Of a stretch of DNA of 64,000 bases, positions 19,803 to 30,147 are shown piece by piece. Position 1 is the stretch's first letter. Every line of letters begins with the position of its first letter. The notes under the pieces are model-generated. The model made no database searches and was not told the DNA's origin. It saw nothing but the letters and a program-made list of their open reading frames with translations. The position numbers and the translations under genes are program-made. Source of the stretch: Pyrodictiaceae archaeon (lineage in GTDB: Archaea > Thermoproteota > Thermoprotei_A > Sulfolobales > Pyrodictiaceae); assembly GCA_027036135.1 (NCBI GenBank), contig JALVSY010000007.1, positions 516,880 through 580,879 of the forward strand. The letters run 5' to 3'.

Positions 19803-20426
19803 TAAAAATCACCTCTTTGGTGCACCGAGAAAGGTAATAAAGTGCACCTTTATAAGAGTTTCTATTATGTGAAGATAAATAATCTGAAATAATAATTAAT
19901 GAGGAGAACAAGTTCTAATAAACACGATACATTGAGCACATTAGTGTTTATACATCTTTATAAGAGTTCTAAGAAGTTGTCGTCCAAGAAGCCAAGAGTA
20001 CAAGTCAAGGAGGCTAGGAAAAGGTTCAAATAATTAAACTCAGTAATTGGTCTTGTAGCCGACAGAATCCGTGAGCTTCCCGCCGATGCTGCCCGCTTAG
20101 CTGGCTATCTCTAGGAGAGTATTCCTAGAAGGCTTTGGGCTAGATGGAAGTATATGTGAGTGCTGAACCTGGCCAGACTCATTATTAAGCTGAGCCGCGA
20201 GGCAGGAGTTGATTCCTACTCTGTTGACTGAGCCAAGGAGCTAGACTGGAGCCTGAATTACAGCGAGCTTAAAGACTATGTATCTAAGAGGCTTGTGGTG
20301 AAGACAGCTCTTGAGCTTAAGGGGGTTAAAGTATACATGGAGTATCTTGAGGAGTCGGCTGCTCCCGTAGTGGGGCTTCCCGGGGGACGGGTTACAAAGA
20401 CTCTGCGAGGAGTCCGTGAGGTAGGT

Positions 20427-20972
20427 CTACGCGCTCCAGAGTAGCCCGTATTGCTTGGCCTTCTTCTTTACCCAGTCTATTAGGCTTCGTATTATCTCCG
20501 CAGCCGTTTTCTCGCTTATCTCTGCTATGTCGGGGCCGTGGTAGAAGAATACGTGCAAAAGCGCGGCTTGTGCCCTCCTCTCCGCTATCTCTCTGTCACT
20601 TGTAGCCTCCACCACCTTCTCTACGATGGTGTCGAGCTTCTGTCTCGTTGAGGGTATCAAGAGCCCTTGTGTTATCCACCACTCTATGTACTCCCCGGCT
20701 TTCTCAGCGCCCTTCTTCTCTGCTATCCTTTTTGCCTCCTCCTCTATTACTGGTAGCAGCTTCTTAGCCACTAGGAGGCCTAGTAGGCTCTTGTATGCTG
20801 CCCAGGCCTTCTCAGCAGCATCCCTCACATCATCTTTGGAGAGAAGTCTTAGAGCCTCTTCAGTAAACAATAAGAGGTTCTCATGGTGAACCCTCCCAGC
20901 AACCTCTGCGGCGGCCCTCAGCCTAGCAAGAAGCTCCTCCAACGATACAGCTACAGCAGCCACCAAGGGCAC
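20427..20972 (-). CDS. PaREP1 family (HEPN-like) protein
   Basis: EEALRLL..DVRDAAEKAWAA and LLHVFFYH motifs. Confidence 0.7.
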   Translation of the reverse strand: MPLVAAVAVSLEELLARLRAAAEVAGRVHHENLLLFTEEALRLLSKDDVRDAAEKAWAAYKSLLGLLVAKKLLPVIEEEAKRIAEKKGAEKAGEYIEWWITQGLLIPSTRQKLDTIVEKVVEATSDREIAERRAQAALLHVFFYHGPDIAEISEKTAAEIIRSLIDWVKKKAKQYGLLWSA

Positions 20973-21115
20973 TCCTAGTGGCTTAGAAAATGGCTCCAGG
21001 GTATTAAGGACTAGAGAATCGTTATTCGGAACTAATTGCGTTCCCTTAAGGTGCTCCTTGTAGAGCGGGATAGGCTCTACTAGCTCGTTGCTCCTGGGCT
21101 CAGGAGTAACTATTG

Positions 21116-21202
21116 TGGCGCCGGGGGCGGGATTTGAACCCGCGCGGCCGTGCGGCCACCGGCTCTCCAGGCCGGCCCCTTAGACCGCTCGGGCACCCCG
21201 GC
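21116..21202 (-). tRNA. tRNA-Ser(GGA), encoded CCA, no intron
   Basis: GCCGGGG acceptor stem, anticodon loop CT-GGA-GA, long variable arm, GGTTCAAATCC T-arm, GCCA end. Confidence 0.97.
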
Positions 21203-21365
21203 GCCCAGGACACTCCCGGAACAGCTTAGGAGAGTCCCCTGGGGCCCTATATTCCCTTGTATCCCGAGAGAAGAACGTATCACCTAGTACCCGTTACCTA
21301 TACTCTACGAGGTGTGTTCCTCCGTGTTGTTTCGTAGGCGCCGAGAATACGTAGTGAGACGCGGC

Positions 21366-21836
21366 GTGGAGTTCGTTCTCCGCTCACCGAGCTTCGAGAA
21401 CGGAGCCCGTATACCAGTTCGTCATACGTGTGACGGCGAGGATGTATCACCCCGGCTTGAGTGGAGCAACGCGCCCCACGGAGCCAAGTCTTATGCATTG
21501 ATAATGTTTGACCCGGACGCCCCGGTTGGCACCTTTATTCACTGGGTGCTATACGATATACCTGGTAACCGGAGCTACATAGACGAGAACGTCCCCAGGG
21601 CTCCGCGTGTCCCTGGCCTAGGCCTCCAGGGTGTCAATGACTTCGGGTTCCACGGCTACGGCGGTCCCTGCCCACCGCCAGGGCACGGGGAGCATCGGTA
21701 CTTCTTCGCGCTACACGCCCTCGATATAGACGATGTAGGGCTTGGGCCAGGAGCCAGAGCAACACAGCTTATAGATAGGATAAAAGACCACGTAATAGGC
21801 TACGCCGTGCTCATGGCTCGGTATAGCAGAGGATAA
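21366..21836 (+). CDS. YbhB/YbcL (PEBP) family protein
   Basis: TCDGEDVSP, DPDAP, HWV, YGGPCPP, HRYFF. Confidence 0.92.
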   Translation: MEFVLRSPSFENGARIPVRHTCDGEDVSPRLEWSNAPHGAKSYALIMFDPDAPVGTFIHWVLYDIPGNRSYIDENVPRAPRVPGLGLQGVNDFGFHGYGGPCPPPGHGEHRYFFALHALDIDDVGLGPGARATQLIDRIKDHVIGYAVLMARYSRG

Positions 21837-21902
21837 TAAGGCAAAATAGCCACGCTAACCTAGCTACATTTGTCCTAATATACTCGCGGCTCCTTGGCCC
21901 CG

Positions 21903-22368
21903 TTACACGGTGCTTCGGGGCTCTCATGGACTCGCTCCACACTTCTTTCTAGAACCCGTCCCTGTCTAGGGCCTCCATCTCCTCAACTTACCTTACTAGC
22001 GCGGCTAATAGGACGTGATGCAGCTTCTCATCCTCTAGTACTGCTTCTAGGGGAAGGACCAGCCTGGGATTACTTGTCTCCTCAAGGAGCCTTGTTACTA
22101 GCTCTATCGTTTTCTCCTCCTCTATTGAGTGCTTATCTTCTTAAGCTCCGTTAGCTCCTCTCTGGTCAATAAGCCTTGCTTTCCAGAGGCTATCTCGGCG
22201 GCAGCGATGTAGAATCAAGCCATGCTTCCTCAAGTCACCCGCTATCCCCCCTTATTATTGCGTGGAGTATTGGTGAGGAAGCTTCTCAGCTAACTATTCT
22301 AGTTCCTCAGTGTAGCGCTTCTCATCGGATGAGGCATTCAAAAAGGCATCTATGAGCCCCTCTGGCAA
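21903..22368 (-). pseudogene. degraded ferritin-like/rubrerythrin-type four-helix protein
   Basis: Reverse strand gives ..SDEKRYTEEL.., ..IAGDLRKHG.., ..LEAVLEDEKLHHVLL.. with several stops and shifts. Confidence 0.55.
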
Positions 22369-22495
22369 AACACTTTCTCCCCGCTCTCGTAGTATTTTGT
22401 GGCCAGGTACTTCAGCTAGGTGTTGAAAATAAGCTATTGAGTAGCTATTCCTGGGTAAGAGAGAAAGACCCCAGGGTCTTCTTCCTCACTGCTAG

Positions 22496-23602
22496 GTGGT
22501 GAGGATAGGCTTGAGTCGCGCAGCGCTCTTCCTCGTAACGGCCCTCGTCATACTTGTGATAATAGGCGCAATAATCTACTATGGTTACACCCATATCGGG
22601 AAGGAGACAGCCACACCCACAGTAACAGGTGCAGCGGCGAGCGCATCACCGGTCTCCACGACAACCCGGACGGCTGCAGCGAGCACAACTACTCAGCAGG
22701 CCCAGAGCGTGATAAAGATAGGCACACTGAGGGGCGGCGTATCGAGTCTAGACGTGATATTAGCCAAGCACCTTGACTCCGTGAACGGGTTCAGAGTCAA
22801 GCCCTTGTTCTTCACCACTACCCTTGACCTAGCAAACGCTATTGCGCATGGAGACATAGACGTAGCGATTATACCCGCGGAGTTCGTGGCTAAGCTGAGG
22901 GAACAAGGTTCGGACGTAGTAATAATAGCTGTTGACTTCTACCAGAACCAGGCAATAGTGGTGCAAGGAAAGGAGAACATAACGAGTATTGAGCAACTAA
23001 GGGGCAAGAAGGTAGCAGTATTCAAGCCGACAGGTACCTACGCTATGTTCAAGGCATACATGGAGGCAGTGTACGGTATTGATCCCGAGAAGGACTTCGT
23101 ATTGGTGAACGCGCCGCCTCCGCAGATAGTGCAGGCCTTCGCGCGGGGCGATGTTGACGCGGCTGTTATCTGGGAGCCTTTTGTCTCAAAACTAGTAGCT
23201 GATTATGGGGGTAAGATACTAGTAACATATCAGGAGCTGTGGAGGAAGTGGAGCGGGCACGTAGGCGATAACGGTGTGATGATAGTCTATGCTGCCCGGG
23301 CCAAGTGGGCCCAGAAGCACCCGGGCCTAGTGGAGAAACTATTAACGGCTAGGAGTATGGCAGCAAAGCTCTGGGACGAGAACGAGACGCTCGCGGAGAA
23401 GATACTCGAGAAGAACTATGGCCTAAGCCCAGAGGCGGCGAAGCTTTGCTGGAAGAGACTAAGAATGGAGACGGCCAAGACCCTAGACGAGCAACTAGTA
23501 AGGAACATACTGGCGGTATGGGAGCTGGCCCGGGAGGGAGGCTACATATCCTCGAGTCCGGAGTCCCTAGCAAAGGGCGCATTCTGGCAGGCTGGGCGAT
23601 AG
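22496..23602 (+). CDS. NitT/TauT-type ABC transporter substrate-binding protein
   Basis: N-terminal TM plus Thr/Ala linker; GDIDVA, LRGKKVA, GDVDAAVIWEP. Confidence 0.85.
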   Translation: MVRIGLSRAALFLVTALVILVIIGAIIYYGYTHIGKETATPTVTGAAASASPVSTTTRTAAASTTTQQAQSVIKIGTLRGGVSSLDVILAKHLDSVNGFRVKPLFFTTTLDLANAIAHGDIDVAIIPAEFVAKLREQGSDVVIIAVDFYQNQAIVVQGKENITSIEQLRGKKVAVFKPTGTYAMFKAYMEAVYGIDPEKDFVLVNAPPPQIVQAFARGDVDAAVIWEPFVSKLVADYGGKILVTYQELWRKWSGHVGDNGVMIVYAARAKWAQKHPGLVEKLLTARSMAAKLWDENETLAEKILEKNYGLSPEAAKLCWKRLRMETAKTLDEQLVRNILAVWELAREGGYISSSPESLAKGAFWQAGR

Positions 23603-24318
23603 CCCTCCTAGCGATACTTGTCACCTGGTATGCCTTACACCTGGTTTTTCCCCGCCAGATACCTGGCATAGTAGCTACAATGGCTTTCATAGCAGAGGAG
23701 GGCCCCGAGAAGATCCTCTACAATACGGGATTGACGCTCGCGAGGAGCACACTAGGCTTCTTAATAGGGTTCCTATGCGCTCTTCTCCTAGGCTTTCTCT
23801 ATACCCTTCACCCAGTGCTTCGGGAAGCTGTAAGGGCTCTTAACACGATTCTCCAGAGTATATCGGTTCTCATCTGGATAGTTGTGCTCGTAATGGTGTT
23901 CGGTGTTCTAAGCCCATTGCCACCAGTCCTCGTTGCTAGCCTAGTGGCTCTCCCAATAGTATTGGCGGCGGTTGTGGCAGGGCTTGATTCTTCCAGCAGG
24001 AAGCTAGCAGAGCTGGCAACGATGCTCGGGGCGAACAAGCTCCAATACTACCGGGACTTCTTGTTACCGAGCCTGGCTCCCTCTCTAGCTGGTGCTACTC
24101 GCTCGGCGCTTGGAGCAGCTCTGAGGATAAGCGTCGTAGCCGAGGCCTTTGGGAGTAGTGGGGGCATAGGATACATGATAGCCAATTACTATAACTTGGC
24201 GGAGCCGCGCGGGGTATTTGCTTGGGGAACCATACTAGTCATAGTGATGATTCTCGTGGATAAGCTGTTGCTAGAGCCCTTGGAGAAGAGGGCTGCGAGA
24301 TGGAGCATAGAGGCATAG
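23518..24318 (+). CDS. NitT/TauT ABC permease (start uncertain)
   Basis: Multiple TMs, EAA-like ELATMLGA, VAEAFGSSGGIGY. Confidence 0.85.
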   Translation: MGAGPGGRLHILESGVPSKGRILAGWAIALLAILVTWYALHLVFPRQIPGIVATMAFIAEEGPEKILYNTGLTLARSTLGFLIGFLCALLLGFLYTLHPVLREAVRALNTILQSISVLIWIVVLVMVFGVLSPLPPVLVASLVALPIVLAAVVAGLDSSSRKLAELATMLGANKLQYYRDFLLPSLAPSLAGATRSALGAALRISVVAEAFGSSGGIGYMIANYYNLAEPRGVFAWGTILVIVMILVDKLLLEPLEKRAARWSIEA

Positions 24319-25050
24319 CGCTTCGGGCAATGAGTATCTACAAGAGCTTCGGCGACCGCCTCGTCCTCAGCGGCGTTAGCATAGAGGCTTACAGGGGGGA
24401 AGTAGTGGCTATTGTTGGGCCCAATGGTAGCGGGAAGACAACACTGCTACGAATAATAGCTGGGCTCGAGAAACCCGACAAGGGCCGAGTAGATCTCCGT
24501 GGCAGAGCTCTTCTTGTTTTCCAGGAGAACCTCCTGCTTCCCTGGAAAAAGCTAAGAGACAACATAGCCCTAGGTCTTGTCTATGCTGGGCTGCCTCGCA
24601 GGGAAATAGAGAGGAGGGTGAGCGAGGCAGCTAGGCTACTAGGACTTACAGAGTATCTTGACAAGTATCCTTGGCAGGTAAGCGGGGGGCACTGCGAGAA
24701 AAGCCGCGATAGCGAGGATACTCGTTCTTGACCCTGATATCCTTCTCTTAGATGAGCCACTAGCAGGCCTCGATACTAGGACGCGGCGCGCATTACTGGA
24801 GAGAATCGTGACAATAGCGCACGAGAGGGGCAAGACAGTGATACTTGTCGACCACAGTGTTGAGGCTGTGGCGCCCTACGCTGACAGGATATACATTATG
24901 AGCTACCCGCCTACACGGGTAGAAGCGAGCATTGACTTAAGAAAAACCGAGCCGGGGAAACGCCTCTCCCTAGTATATAGTATCTTGAGCGAGCTAGGCC
25001 GTAGAGAAGCCCTGGGCGCTACCCGGGGAGAGCCTGGGACGGGTACGTAG
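24300..25050 (+). pseudogene. ABC ATP-binding subunit split by a +1 frameshift in a G6 run
   Basis: Walker A GPNGSGKTT; removing one G at 24684-24689 restores SGGTARKAAIARILVLDPDILLLDEP and runs into ORF 24808-25050. Confidence 0.85.
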
Positions 25051-25275
25051 TCTCCGCCTATGGCGGGGCACTTGCTCCTTTACGTACACGGCGAGGTAGG
25101 CGTGAACAAGCCCGGCCAGCTGGGAGGCCTTCTCGGGCTCGTCTCGTAAGAGCTCGTAGAAGTCCTTACCGTGCCTCTTGGCCGAGAGAGCTGTGAGCAC
25201 GGAGTAGTTACCCGCGCCTATCCTCTGCGTACACGGTTTTTTGCATAGAAGGGGCCTTGTACCGAGACTTATCAC
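24994..25275 (-). CDS. small hypothetical protein
   Basis: 93-aa ORF with GGTGA near the start; overlaps the end of the upstream gene. Confidence 0.35.
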   Translation of the reverse strand: MISLGTRPLLCKKPCTQRIGAGNYSVLTALSAKRHGKDFYELLRDEPEKASQLAGLVHAYLAVYVKEQVPRHRRRLRTRPRLSPGSAQGFSTA

Positions 25276-25466
25276 CCCTTAGGAGTAGCCAAGAGGCCAT
25301 GAAGGGGTATTACTGTTCTTAAGTGTTTTCCTAATACCTTTTCCCGTGTTATGGAGTGTTATTCCCGGAACCGTACCATATATAGTTGCTAGGCGCCCAG
25401 AACCGATGACTGGGGGACGGGATCAGCACCACTCCCTGCGAGTAATACTGTGGAGAAGGAGAGGCC

Positions 25467-26927
25467 TTGCCTGCTCCCCGAAGCCTAAGAGAGTACCTAG
25501 ACAAGCTAGAGCAGGAAAATATGCTGAGGAAGATAAGTACACCTCTAAGCCCGGTTCTCGAGATACCAGCTGTGCTCCGCCATGCTATGAGGGCTCGTGG
25601 CCCCGCCCTGCTCTTCACGAACGTGAAGGGCTATCCTGGGTGGAGGGTAGCTGGCAACCTCTTCGGCTCCCTTGAGAGGGTAAAGCTAGCCCTGGGGACA
25701 GAGAGGCTTGAGGAGATAGGTGAGAGACTAGTCTCGTTTGCCTGGAACCCGCCACCCTTGGGGCTTGGGGAGAAGATCCGGGGACTTCGCCAAGTACTCG
25801 ATATGGCCCGCTATGCTCCTCGTAAGACAAGGAGGGCTGGTTTCGAGGAAAACGTGCTAGAGAGCGACGAGGCGGTGCTAGATAAACTACCGTTGTTCAA
25901 GACCTGGCCGCGTGACGGGGGCCGCTACATAACCTTTGGCCAAGTATACGTGAGGGATCCCGAGACTGGTGTCACTAATATAGGCGTGTACAGGGTCATG
26001 GAGAAGGCCCCCCGCGAGGCAGTTATTCACTGGCAGCTCCACAAGAGGGGGAGACATGCCTACCTATCGGCGCTGGAGAAGGGGGAGCCCCTGCCAGTAG
26101 CCATTGTTATCGGGGCTGAGCCAGCAGCGATGCTCGTAGGAGTCATGCCTATTCCTTACCCGCTTGATAAGCTCTTATTCGCTGGGATAATGGCTGGCCG
26201 CGGCATAGAGGTCTACGAGCTGCCTAGCGGCTTGCTGGTCCCGGCCTCCGCAGAGATAGTAGTGGAGGGAGTGATTGAGCCCGGCAGGGAGTCAGAGGAG
26301 GGCCCCTTCGGCGATCACTGGGGCTACTACGATAAACCCGTTCACCGCTTCCCGGTTATGCGTATTGAGAGGATATGGGTGAGAAGGAACCCAGTCTACG
26401 TTGGAACCGTTGTCGGCAAGCCGGTCATGGAGGACGCGTATATAGGTAAGGCTGTTGAGAGGATATTTCTCCCTGTTCTCCGAACCCTTCTCCCAGAGAT
26501 AGTCGATATAAACTTCCCGGTGCACGGCATGTTCCAGGGCCTAGCAATAGTCTCTATAAGGAAGACCTACCCGGGCCAGGCAAAGAAAGTAATGATGGCG
26601 CTATGGGGCCTCGGCCAGACCTCCCTAACAAAGATAATCATAGTCGTTGACCACGACATCGATGTCCACGACATGGACCAGGTAATATGGGCGGTCTCGG
26701 CCAATGTTGATCCTCAGAGAGACGTAGTAGTGGTTCCTGGCACGCATACAGACCACCTTGACCCCGCGACGCCGGTTCCTGGCTATGGTAGCAAGCTCGG
26801 GATAGACGCTACGCGTAAACTACCAGAGGAGAATAACTGGCAAGAATGGCCAGAGGAGCTAGAGGAGCCACCCGAGCTAGCCAAGCTCGCGGAGACGGTG
26901 CTGCGGAGAGAAGGGGTGCTGCAATGA
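25467..26927 (+). CDS. ubiD: UbiD family prFMN-dependent decarboxylase
   Basis: WPRDGGRYIT, NIGVYR, EGPFGDHWGYY, DHLDP, SKLGIDAT. Confidence 0.93.
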   Translation: MPAPRSLREYLDKLEQENMLRKISTPLSPVLEIPAVLRHAMRARGPALLFTNVKGYPGWRVAGNLFGSLERVKLALGTERLEEIGERLVSFAWNPPPLGLGEKIRGLRQVLDMARYAPRKTRRAGFEENVLESDEAVLDKLPLFKTWPRDGGRYITFGQVYVRDPETGVTNIGVYRVMEKAPREAVIHWQLHKRGRHAYLSALEKGEPLPVAIVIGAEPAAMLVGVMPIPYPLDKLLFAGIMAGRGIEVYELPSGLLVPASAEIVVEGVIEPGRESEEGPFGDHWGYYDKPVHRFPVMRIERIWVRRNPVYVGTVVGKPVMEDAYIGKAVERIFLPVLRTLLPEIVDINFPVHGMFQGLAIVSIRKTYPGQAKKVMMALWGLGQTSLTKIIIVVDHDIDVHDMDQVIWAVSANVDPQRDVVVVPGTHTDHLDPATPVPGYGSKLGIDATRKLPEENNWQEWPEELEEPPELAKLAETVLRREGVLQ

Positions 26928-27847
26928 CAGAGGCTAAGCCCTACTGGGACCCAGGGAGGGTATCGCGCTATACCCGGTTCTCTGCCCTAATGCGCCTAGT
27001 ACGCATAGAGCACACCTTGTTCAGCCTCCCCTTCGCCTATGCTGGCGCAGTCCTAGCCTACGCGGCGGGGCTTGGATGGTGGCAAGCACTCTGGATAGGC
27101 CTCGCGGTCCTCGGGCTCCGGACAGCCGCTATGAGCTTCAACAACATAGCCGACCTAGACATTGACCGGCTTAATCCCCGCACAGCTAAGCGCCCCCTCG
27201 TAACCGGGGCTGTTAGGCTACGCGACGCCTGGCTCCTCGTGATAATCGGTAGCCTGCTCTACTACGCCTCGGCAGCGGCTCTGAACAGGTACGCGCTCGT
27301 CCTTAGCCCAGTACTATGGCTACTAGCCATGACGTATCCCTATGCTAAGCGGGTTCACTGGCTCCCACACATCCACCTAGGCCTAGTACTTGGATTCGTT
27401 GTGTTCGGCGGCGCAGTCGCGACCTATGGCGCGGTGGCGAGGAGCCTCGGCGATGTCCTCGCCCACATTCCGTGGGTCTATGTTGTCGCTGTTGCTCTCT
27501 GGGTGGCTGGCTTCGACACCTACTACGCAATAATGGACATGGACTTCGACAAGAGGATGGGGCTCGGAAGCATACCGGCAAGACTTGGCGCGAGAGGGGC
27601 TCTCTGGGCTAGCCGAGTAATGCACCTAGTCACAGCAGTGCTACTAGTAGCGAGTATACCACTATACCGCCTAGGAGCGATAGGCGCAGCAGGCATAGCG
27701 ATCGGCGTACTGCTCCTCATGTACCAGCACGTTCTCCTAGCACGCGGAGGCCTAGAAGCAATACCTAGGGCCTTTAACACGAACCTTGCCCTGGGCCTCG
27801 TGATAGGCCTGAGCGTGCTCATTGATAAGCTACTACTAATTCTCTAG
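26924..27847 (+). CDS. ubiA: UbiA family prenyltransferase
   Basis: EHTLFSLPFAY, NNIADLDIDRLNPRT, YPYAKR, GFDTYYAIMDMDFD; ATGA overlap with ubiD. Confidence 0.9.
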   Translation: MTEAKPYWDPGRVSRYTRFSALMRLVRIEHTLFSLPFAYAGAVLAYAAGLGWWQALWIGLAVLGLRTAAMSFNNIADLDIDRLNPRTAKRPLVTGAVRLRDAWLLVIIGSLLYYASAAALNRYALVLSPVLWLLAMTYPYAKRVHWLPHIHLGLVLGFVVFGGAVATYGAVARSLGDVLAHIPWVYVVAVALWVAGFDTYYAIMDMDFDKRMGLGSIPARLGARGALWASRVMHLVTAVLLVASIPLYRLGAIGAAGIAIGVLLLMYQHVLLARGGLEAIPRAFNTNLALGLVIGLSVLIDKLLLIL

Positions 27848-27893
27848 CTCAACGACATCCAGCTATATTAGGCAAGGGCTCCTCTTCTAACAA

Positions 27894-29024
27894 GTGCCCG
27901 GGATAAGCACCTTGGCGGATCCTCGTGCATCTAGGCTGGCTCGCCTCATAGCAGAGTACTGTGTCTCCATAAGGAAGGGTGATGAGGTAGTAATAAACGC
28001 GGGGCTAGAGGCGCTCCCGCTAGTGAGAGAAGTATACAGAGAAGTCGTTACACGTGGTGGCTATCCGCTCCTAGTGAACCTGGGCGATGAGGTACTGGAT
28101 GAGATAATGTATCGCTACGCGCCCGACGATGTATTGGAGCACGTTAGCCCGGTAGAGGAGGAGCTAGTCAAGCGCATAGACGTGACGATAAACATACTGG
28201 CGCCGAGCCACACAAAGCACCTCACCGGCGTAAACCCTGAGAGAATAGCGAAGAGGAGCAAGGCGAGATTCAACCTAACAAGGATATTCATGGAGAGAAG
28301 CGCTAAGGGGGAGCTACGCTGGACAATAGCGCCTTACCCGACCCGGGCTCTCGCACAGGAAGCAGGTATGAGTATCCTTGAGTACGAGGAATTCGTCTAC
28401 CACGCGACAATGGTTGACCGAGAGGACCCTGTCAAGGCCTGGCAGGAGCAAGCAAAGTGGCAGCAGCGCATAGCGGACTTCCTAAACCGGGTGCACGAGC
28501 TACGCTACCAGGGCCCAGGCATAGACTTCTACATAAGAGTTGATGGCAGGAAGTGGATAAACGATGATGGTCGCTACAATATGCCGGGAGGAGAGGTCTT
28601 CACAGGGCCAATAGAGGATAGTGCAGAGGGCTACATAGAGTTCGACTACCCAGCTATATGGAGAGGCCACGAGGTGGAGGGCGTCAAGCTAGTATTCAAG
28701 AAAGGCGTCGTTGTGGAAGCCCATGCCCGCCGCGGAGAGGACTTCCTCCGCAAAATGCTCGAGACAGACGAGGGGGCAAAGAGGCTAGGAGAGCTAGCAT
28801 TCGGCCTAAACTACAACATAACAAGATTCACTAAGGAGATACTATTCGATGAGAAAATAGGCGGAACAATGCACATTGCCCTTGGAGCATCCTATCCAGA
28901 GACAGGTGGAAAGAACCAGTCAAGCATACACTGGGATATGATAAAGAGCCTACGAAGCCACAAAGTCTACGCAGACGGCGACCTAATATATGAGAACGGC
29001 AAATTCATCGAGGACGTTATATAG
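27894..29024 (+). CDS. M29 (AmpS/AmpT-type) aminopeptidase
   Basis: NMPGGEVFTGP, LGELAFG, FDEKIGGTMHIALG, SSIHWD. Confidence 0.93.
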   Translation: MPGISTLADPRASRLARLIAEYCVSIRKGDEVVINAGLEALPLVREVYREVVTRGGYPLLVNLGDEVLDEIMYRYAPDDVLEHVSPVEEELVKRIDVTINILAPSHTKHLTGVNPERIAKRSKARFNLTRIFMERSAKGELRWTIAPYPTRALAQEAGMSILEYEEFVYHATMVDREDPVKAWQEQAKWQQRIADFLNRVHELRYQGPGIDFYIRVDGRKWINDDGRYNMPGGEVFTGPIEDSAEGYIEFDYPAIWRGHEVEGVKLVFKKGVVVEAHARRGEDFLRKMLETDEGAKRLGELAFGLNYNITRFTKEILFDEKIGGTMHIALGASYPETGGKNQSSIHWDMIKSLRSHKVYADGDLIYENGKFIEDVI

Positions 29025-29290
29025 TCTTGTTAACTAAAAAATCTTTATAAATAACAACACTTTTCTTTCCTTCTTAAGGCCTCTAACCCCATATATTTCT
29101 GGCCTAGGGGGCTCAGAGAAAGCGTTATCAAGGAAGGACATGGCTTCAGTAAACACGTAGCCTAGCACTATCCCATGAATGGCCCCGGACGCGGCTACTG
29201 GTTCCCGGGGCTCCACTAGCTACAGCTTACCCGTCCCGGCCACGTGGCTGGCTAATGATTGGTAATACTCATGAAGGTGTACTATAGGAG

Positions 29291-30091
29291 GTGAGAGGAA
29301 TGTCGGCTATAAAGGTGTCACAAAGCCTTATAGAGAAGTATATAGAGAGTTCTCCCCTCTTGCTTAAGGCCTATAGATTGCTTGAGGAGGATGAGGAGGT
29401 CAACGAGTTACTAAGGGTTAGTAACATAATGGCTGTTGGTAGGCTAAAGTACAATGATCATGGCATTGTACATGCAAGGATAGTATCTGGTACAGCTCTT
29501 CACCTCCTCGACCTCTTGGTGAAGGCTGGTAGGGAGCCATCAACCCTTCGCGACGGTACCGCTAAGAGCATGGATGATGTAAGGCTCATAGTGTTGTTCT
29601 CTGCTTATCTACACGATATTGGCAATTCTGTCCACAGAACGTTTCACGAGTACCTCGGCGCCCTCCTCGCCAAGGATATACTGAATAGGTTGTTACCTGA
29701 GCTGGGTATCCGTGGTAGGAGACTCTATGATATAAGACAAGAGGTCATGCACACGATATTCGCTACAGAGTACAATACTCGCTGCTTAACAATGGAGTGC
29801 GGCATAGTAAAGATAAGCGATGGACTGGACATGGCTGAGGGAAGAGCCCGCGTACCATACAAGATGGGCAAGCTCGATATGCACGCAGTCTCAGCGATAA
29901 GCATTAAGAAGGTAGAGGTTGAGCCCGGAGAGAAGCCAATAAAGATAACAGTGTATATGAGCGATATGGCTGGCCTCTTCCAGGTAGAACAGGTATTAAT
30001 GCCCAAGATAGTGACTAGCTCAATAGACGGCGACGTAGAGGTATACATAAACGTGGATGGCAAGACCCGGAAATACTATCCCAAGGACTAA
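29291..30091 (+). CDS. HD-domain phosphohydrolase
   Basis: YNDHGIVH, YLHDIGN, SDGLDM. Confidence 0.88.
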   Translation: MRGMSAIKVSQSLIEKYIESSPLLLKAYRLLEEDEEVNELLRVSNIMAVGRLKYNDHGIVHARIVSGTALHLLDLLVKAGREPSTLRDGTAKSMDDVRLIVLFSAYLHDIGNSVHRTFHEYLGALLAKDILNRLLPELGIRGRRLYDIRQEVMHTIFATEYNTRCLTMECGIVKISDGLDMAEGRARVPYKMGKLDMHAVSAISIKKVEVEPGEKPIKITVYMSDMAGLFQVEQVLMPKIVTSSIDGDVEVYINVDGKTRKYYPKD

Positions 30092-30147
30092 GCTCCCCAC
30101 CACCAACACCTAGCTCTCTGAAGGAACAACAGCTGGTACAAGGGGCT

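Noticed and set aside
20050-20420. Possible degraded gene or IS fragment
   Set aside because: Coding-like patches with stops, but no recognisable motif or terminal repeats
1-21202. Single integrated element ending at the tRNA-Ser 3' end
   Set aside because: No duplicated tRNA 3' fragment or integrase seen on that side within the window; the region reads as a patchwork of cassettes
29170-29255. GC-rich hairpin as an ncRNA
   Set aside because: Only one short stem (GCCCCGG/CCGGGGC) and no convincing box motifs
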